This document shows, one piece after another, positions 60,612-64,000 of a stretch of DNA of 64,000 nucleotides. The translations under genes and the position numbers were made by a program. The stretch is from Polyangiales bacterium (GTDB lineage: Bacteria > Myxococcota_A > Polyangia > Polyangiales > Polyangiaceae): positions 1 to 64,000 of the forward strand of contig JBBRLQ010000005.1 in assembly GCA_038231275.1 (NCBI GenBank). Direction: 5' to 3'. The stretch's first letter is position 1; each line of letters begins with the position of its first letter. Under the pieces are notes generated by a model. The model had not been told where the DNA came from and did no database searches. It was given only the letters and a program-made list of their open reading frames with translations.

Positions 60612-60664
60612 AGGTGCTCTGTAAGCGTACCCCTATTTGCCGAAACCTGGAAGGCCCAGGAATT

Positions 60665-61645
60665 TCAGGGGGTTGGGGTCCGCGGACGCGCGGCGAGCTC
60701 GCCGATCGAACAGATCGTGCTCCCCGAGTCGTCCTTGCCGACGGCGACGAGGAACTGCGCGCCGTCCTTCATGTACGCGTGCCCGCGGCCCGTCTGCGGC
60801 GCGCCGTACGCTTTGTCGGGATCGATGATCGCCCAGCCCTTGGCGTCCATCTCGGCGTCGTAGTAGGCGACGAGCTGCGCGGGCTCCTCTTTCGAGCGGT
60901 AGACGAACGTGCCGAACGGCGTGCCGGCGATGTCGATGCTCATGAGGCGCTTCGACTCGGGCGGGCGCGTGATGCCTTCCGGATCTTTGCCGGGCGCCTC
61001 GCCCTCGGCGGGGAACATCGCGCCGAGGTTGAAGCGATCTTCGGTCCACACGGTGAGCACCAACGTGTTGCCCTGCGGCGTCGTCTGCGCGTACGCGTAG
61101 CGTAGCTTGCCGAGGACGCCGAGATCGTGCGTCCGCGTGAACTCGTGCGCCGCTTCTTTCAGCGTCGAGCGCGTCTCGGTGCCCTTCACGAGGCAGAGGA
61201 CGACGCCCTCCTTGCCGTTGTCGTGACGGACGGTGCCGGCCGTCGCGAAGGCGCTCGCGCGCGCATCGGTCTTCGCGTCGAGAGACTTGCCCTCCTTGGA
61301 CAGGCCCTTCCACGCGTCGCCGAGCGCGCCGGGGCTCGCGGCGCAGTGCGCGTCGAAGCGATCGAGGACGGCGGCGAGCGGCTCCTTCGTGACGGCGCTC
61401 GCCACGAAGACGGGCTGATCGTTCAGGCGGATCTGCGTCGTCTCCTCGAGGAGATCGGCGACCTCCGCGAGATCGCGCCCGACCTGCATCGACGACTTGC
61501 CGATGTCGGCCTTCGCCGAGCGGTACGAGTACGCGAAGAGCCCGACGCTGACGACGGTGCCGTACGCCAACACACGCAGCGTGCCCTTCACGCGCTGCGA
61601 TCCCAGCTTCCTTTTTGCGGCGATGAGGAGGGCGAGTCCGATCAT
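60665..61645 (-). CDS. Hypothetical single-TM protein in the Tad locus
   Basis: RBS GAGG; N-terminal TM; no family recognised. Confidence 0.65.
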   Translation of the reverse strand: MIGLALLIAAKRKLGSQRVKGTLRVLAYGTVVSVGLFAYSYRSAKADIGKSSMQVGRDLAEVADLLEETTQIRLNDQPVFVASAVTKEPLAAVLDRFDAHCAASPGALGDAWKGLSKEGKSLDAKTDARASAFATAGTVRHDNGKEGVVLCLVKGTETRSTLKEAAHEFTRTHDLGVLGKLRYAYAQTTPQGNTLVLTVWTEDRFNLGAMFPAEGEAPGKDPEGITRPPESKRLMSIDIAGTPFGTFVYRSKEEPAQLVAYYDAEMDAKGWAIIDPDKAYGAPQTGRGHAYMKDGAQFLVAVGKDDSGSTICSIGELAARPRTPTP

Positions 61646-61657
61646 GGGGCTGACCTC

Positions 61658-62155
61658 CTAGAGGACTCCGGTGCGGAAGAAGCCGAAGCTCCACTTCATG
61701 ACGCCGATCGGATCGCCGTTCTCGGGGCGCTCGTTACAGTACGCCTGCGACGACCCCTTCACGGTGCGCGAGCGTCCGCCGCCGCTGGCGGTCGCTTGCA
61801 TGCTCGACTGCGCCATGTTGAACGAGCGATCGGTGGACCCTTTCATCGCGTCGGCGCCGGGCGGCCCCTTGTCGATCGCGCCCTGGTACGAGGTGTTCCC
61901 GTTCGTGTCGAGCGTGTAGCCGGCGGGGCCGTAGCCTCCCAGCCCGCCGAGGCCGCCGCTGTTGCCGCGGCAGCCGTGCGACGCGAAGTAGAGCGAGTTC
62001 TCGCGCGAGGTCTGCTGGACCGCGATCTTCTGTTTGTACGAGTTGTACTCGTACATGATGAGCCCGAGAAAAATCGCGAGCACCGGGAGGACCACGGCCG
62101 CCTCGACGAGCGCAGCGCCGCGCTGACGGCTCCTCTTCTTGAAGCGATTGCTCAT
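61658..62155 (-). CDS. tadE: TadE-like minor pilin
   Basis: Prepilin cleavage motif RG/AALVEAAVVLP; Cys pair. Confidence 0.8.
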   Translation of the reverse strand: MSNRFKKRSRQRGAALVEAAVVLPVLAIFLGLIMYEYNSYKQKIAVQQTSRENSLYFASHGCRGNSGGLGGLGGYGPAGYTLDTNGNTSYQGAIDKGPPGADAMKGSTDRSFNMAQSSMQATASGGGRSRTVKGSSQAYCNERPENGDPIGVMKWSFGFFRTGVL

Positions 62156-63705
62156 CAGTGCACCATCCCTGTAGCGGGAGGGTTGGTGATCCCGGGGATG
62201 AGCCCCTTCAGGTAGCCGAGCCCGACGTCGGCGATTCCGCCTCCGTTGCCGGTGGCGATGATGTTGCCGTCTGGCGAGACGTTGTTGGCCAGATCTCCGA
62301 AGAGCTTCTTGGCGATCACGCTGCCGACCTTTCCGCCGAATTTGGTCGCGAGGTCCTTCGTGATCTGACCGATCTTTTGGTACCAGCCGGAGGTGGCGAT
62401 CTTGCCCTTGAGGGGGCCGAGCACGTTGGCGCTCGTGAGCATGCCGCCGAGCCACTGCATGAACATGCCGCTGAGGCTCGGGTAGTGGACGCGTCGCAGG
62501 CGCGCCATCCAGCGCATGCTGTACATCGCGCGCGGGATCGTGGTCATCCCCCAGCTGCCGTTGCAGCCGTCGTCGGTCCACTTCGCGTCGCAGTCGTAAT
62601 AGAACTCGGCCTGGCCGATGTAGAAGCTGCCGTCCGGATCGATCGGCGGCATCGTCATGCCCATCTTGGGGCCGACCGACATCGCGATCTTGCTCTGCGA
62701 CACGTCCTTGTACGTGCCGGGGAAGACCACACCGAAGACCTGGTGCCAGTCGCTGCCGTTGCCGTAGTACGGGCGCTTCGGTCCGTCGCGGCCCCAGAAC
62801 GAGTCGAGGTACTCGTTGCAGGAGCCCATCGTGACGGCGCCTGCGAGGATGCTGTTGATCGTGGTGCTGACGCCGGGCAAATCGAAGACGCCACCGATGA
62901 TCGGGATCTTCTTCAGCCAGCTCTCGACCCAGCTCGCGGCGAAATCGACCGAGTACATGCAGAGCTTGTTCATCGTCTCGTTGGTGACGGGGAGGCCGAT
63001 GCGCGCGTCGATGCCATTGAGCTTGAAGCTGCCGCCGCCGGCGTTCGCGGGGGGCGTGGGGCTGATGCTGCCGAAGCCGTAGCTGCCGTTGGTGAGGCCG
63101 CCGGTGAGCGCGAACGACGGGATCATCGACATACTGAGCGAGATGCCGGACTCGCCGTAGTCGCTCGCCACCATCGCGCCGGCGGCGAGACCGCCGTAGG
63201 GCGCCGCCATGGCGTCGAGTGTTTGTGTCCAGCTGAGACCGATGAGGACCGGCTCCATCCCGTCCTTGTAGGCGGTGTCCCACTCGTGCCACGTCGCGTA
63301 CATGTCGCCCGAGGCGGTCGCGATGGGGCACGCGATGATCGCGAGCGGATCGAGCAGCAGGCCGCTGGCGCAGACTGCGTCGGAGGCGAGGTTGATCGCG
63401 AGGAGCGCCTTGTCGATGAGATCGATGACGACCCAGATCGCCGCGATGGCGAGCATGACGAGGTTCAGCGCCGCCATGAAATTCATGCCGCGCGCGTGCA
63501 CGGTCGCCGACGAGAACGCCGTGTGATCGGCGGCCTCTTGCACCTTGTCGCGGTAGACGAGCGCGTCGCCGAGCCCGACGACCGACCAAAGCGCGCCGAT
63601 GAGGAAGCACGCCATGAAGATGCCGATCAGCATCACCGCGCCGCGCTGGTCGTCCTTCATCCTCGGCGTCTCGTTCGGACGCGGTGCAGGGGTGAACCAG
63701 CTCAT
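62155..63705 (-). CDS. tadG: TadG-like large minor pilin
   Basis: DQRG/AVML...; Q.AAD..A.S.A Tad N-domain; Cys-containing C-domain. Confidence 0.75.
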   Translation of the reverse strand: MSWFTPAPRPNETPRMKDDQRGAVMLIGIFMACFLIGALWSVVGLGDALVYRDKVQEAADHTAFSSATVHARGMNFMAALNLVMLAIAAIWVVIDLIDKALLAINLASDAVCASGLLLDPLAIIACPIATASGDMYATWHEWDTAYKDGMEPVLIGLSWTQTLDAMAAPYGGLAAGAMVASDYGESGISLSMSMIPSFALTGGLTNGSYGFGSISPTPPANAGGGSFKLNGIDARIGLPVTNETMNKLCMYSVDFAASWVESWLKKIPIIGGVFDLPGVSTTINSILAGAVTMGSCNEYLDSFWGRDGPKRPYYGNGSDWHQVFGVVFPGTYKDVSQSKIAMSVGPKMGMTMPPIDPDGSFYIGQAEFYYDCDAKWTDDGCNGSWGMTTIPRAMYSMRWMARLRRVHYPSLSGMFMQWLGGMLTSANVLGPLKGKIATSGWYQKIGQITKDLATKFGGKVGSVIAKKLFGDLANNVSPDGNIIATGNGGGIADVGLGYLKGLIPGITNPPATGMVH

Positions 63706-64000
63706 GGCAGGTACCTCGCGCCCTGGTTGGGCAGGCTCATTCGCTCGGAGACGACCTTCACCGGCCCGCCGCAGACCCACCACTTGCCCATCGGCACGTT
63801 GCAGATGTACGTCGCGGTCACGGTGCACGTGACGAGGCCGTAGGGGTCGTCGTTCGACGCTTGCGACGTGCACTGCGTGTCGGGCGCGACGAGCTTGCCG
63901 TCGATCAGGTACGTGCCCATCGCCATGCCGGCGGCGATCTTCACGTCGTCCATCGTGCCGTTGTCGCCGGGGTTCGGCGGCATGACGACGATCGCGGCGC
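63702..64000 (-). CDS. TadE-like pilin, 5'-truncated by the window edge
   Basis: Frame open to the edge; AAIVV.P...VT..V...Y.C.VP...; ATGA overlap with tadG. Confidence 0.6.
   Translation of the reverse strand, partial: AAIVVMPPNPGDNGTMDDVKIAAGMAMGTYLIDGKLVAPDTQCTSQASNDDPYGLVTCTVTATYICNVPMGKWWVCGGPVKVVSERMSLPNQGARYLP

Overview
GC-rich chromosomal window whose gene content points to Myxococcota, probably a Polyangiaceae/Labilithrix-like organism (inferred from a MYXO-CTERM tail, PEGA/TPR proteins, a Hanks kinase and many Gly/Asp-rich lipoproteins). It holds about 56 CDS and no rRNA, tRNA, CRISPR array or intact transposase that I could see. Housekeeping and metabolic genes include pepN, liuC-like and liuB-like genes, mutL-miaA, a quinone oxidoreductase and an S8 protease. 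Five accessory loci stand out. (1) A nine-gene envelope redox island at 38.8-48.0 kb: DUF4266, a TPR/PEGA-fused DUF3570 beta-barrel, five predicted c-type cytochrome lipoproteins (four of seven heme motifs non-canonical, CX3-5CH), a His-rich lipoprotein and a Tat-exported DUF1501-like protein. This is my best candidate for an undescribed system. (2) A Kil-like Tad pilus locus at 51-64 kb with two CpaF ATPases and three FHA-like domains. (3) Two cassettes pairing a lipoprotein that starts C-x-x-hydrophobic-L-G with a TPR-PEGA membrane protein, interleaved with the Leu-catabolism genes. (4) A vWA-SBP / XpaC-like / SBP trio. (5) A 237-bp MITE-like element with a TGA target duplication. All family names come from visual motif recognition, not database searches, and start codons are my best estimates.
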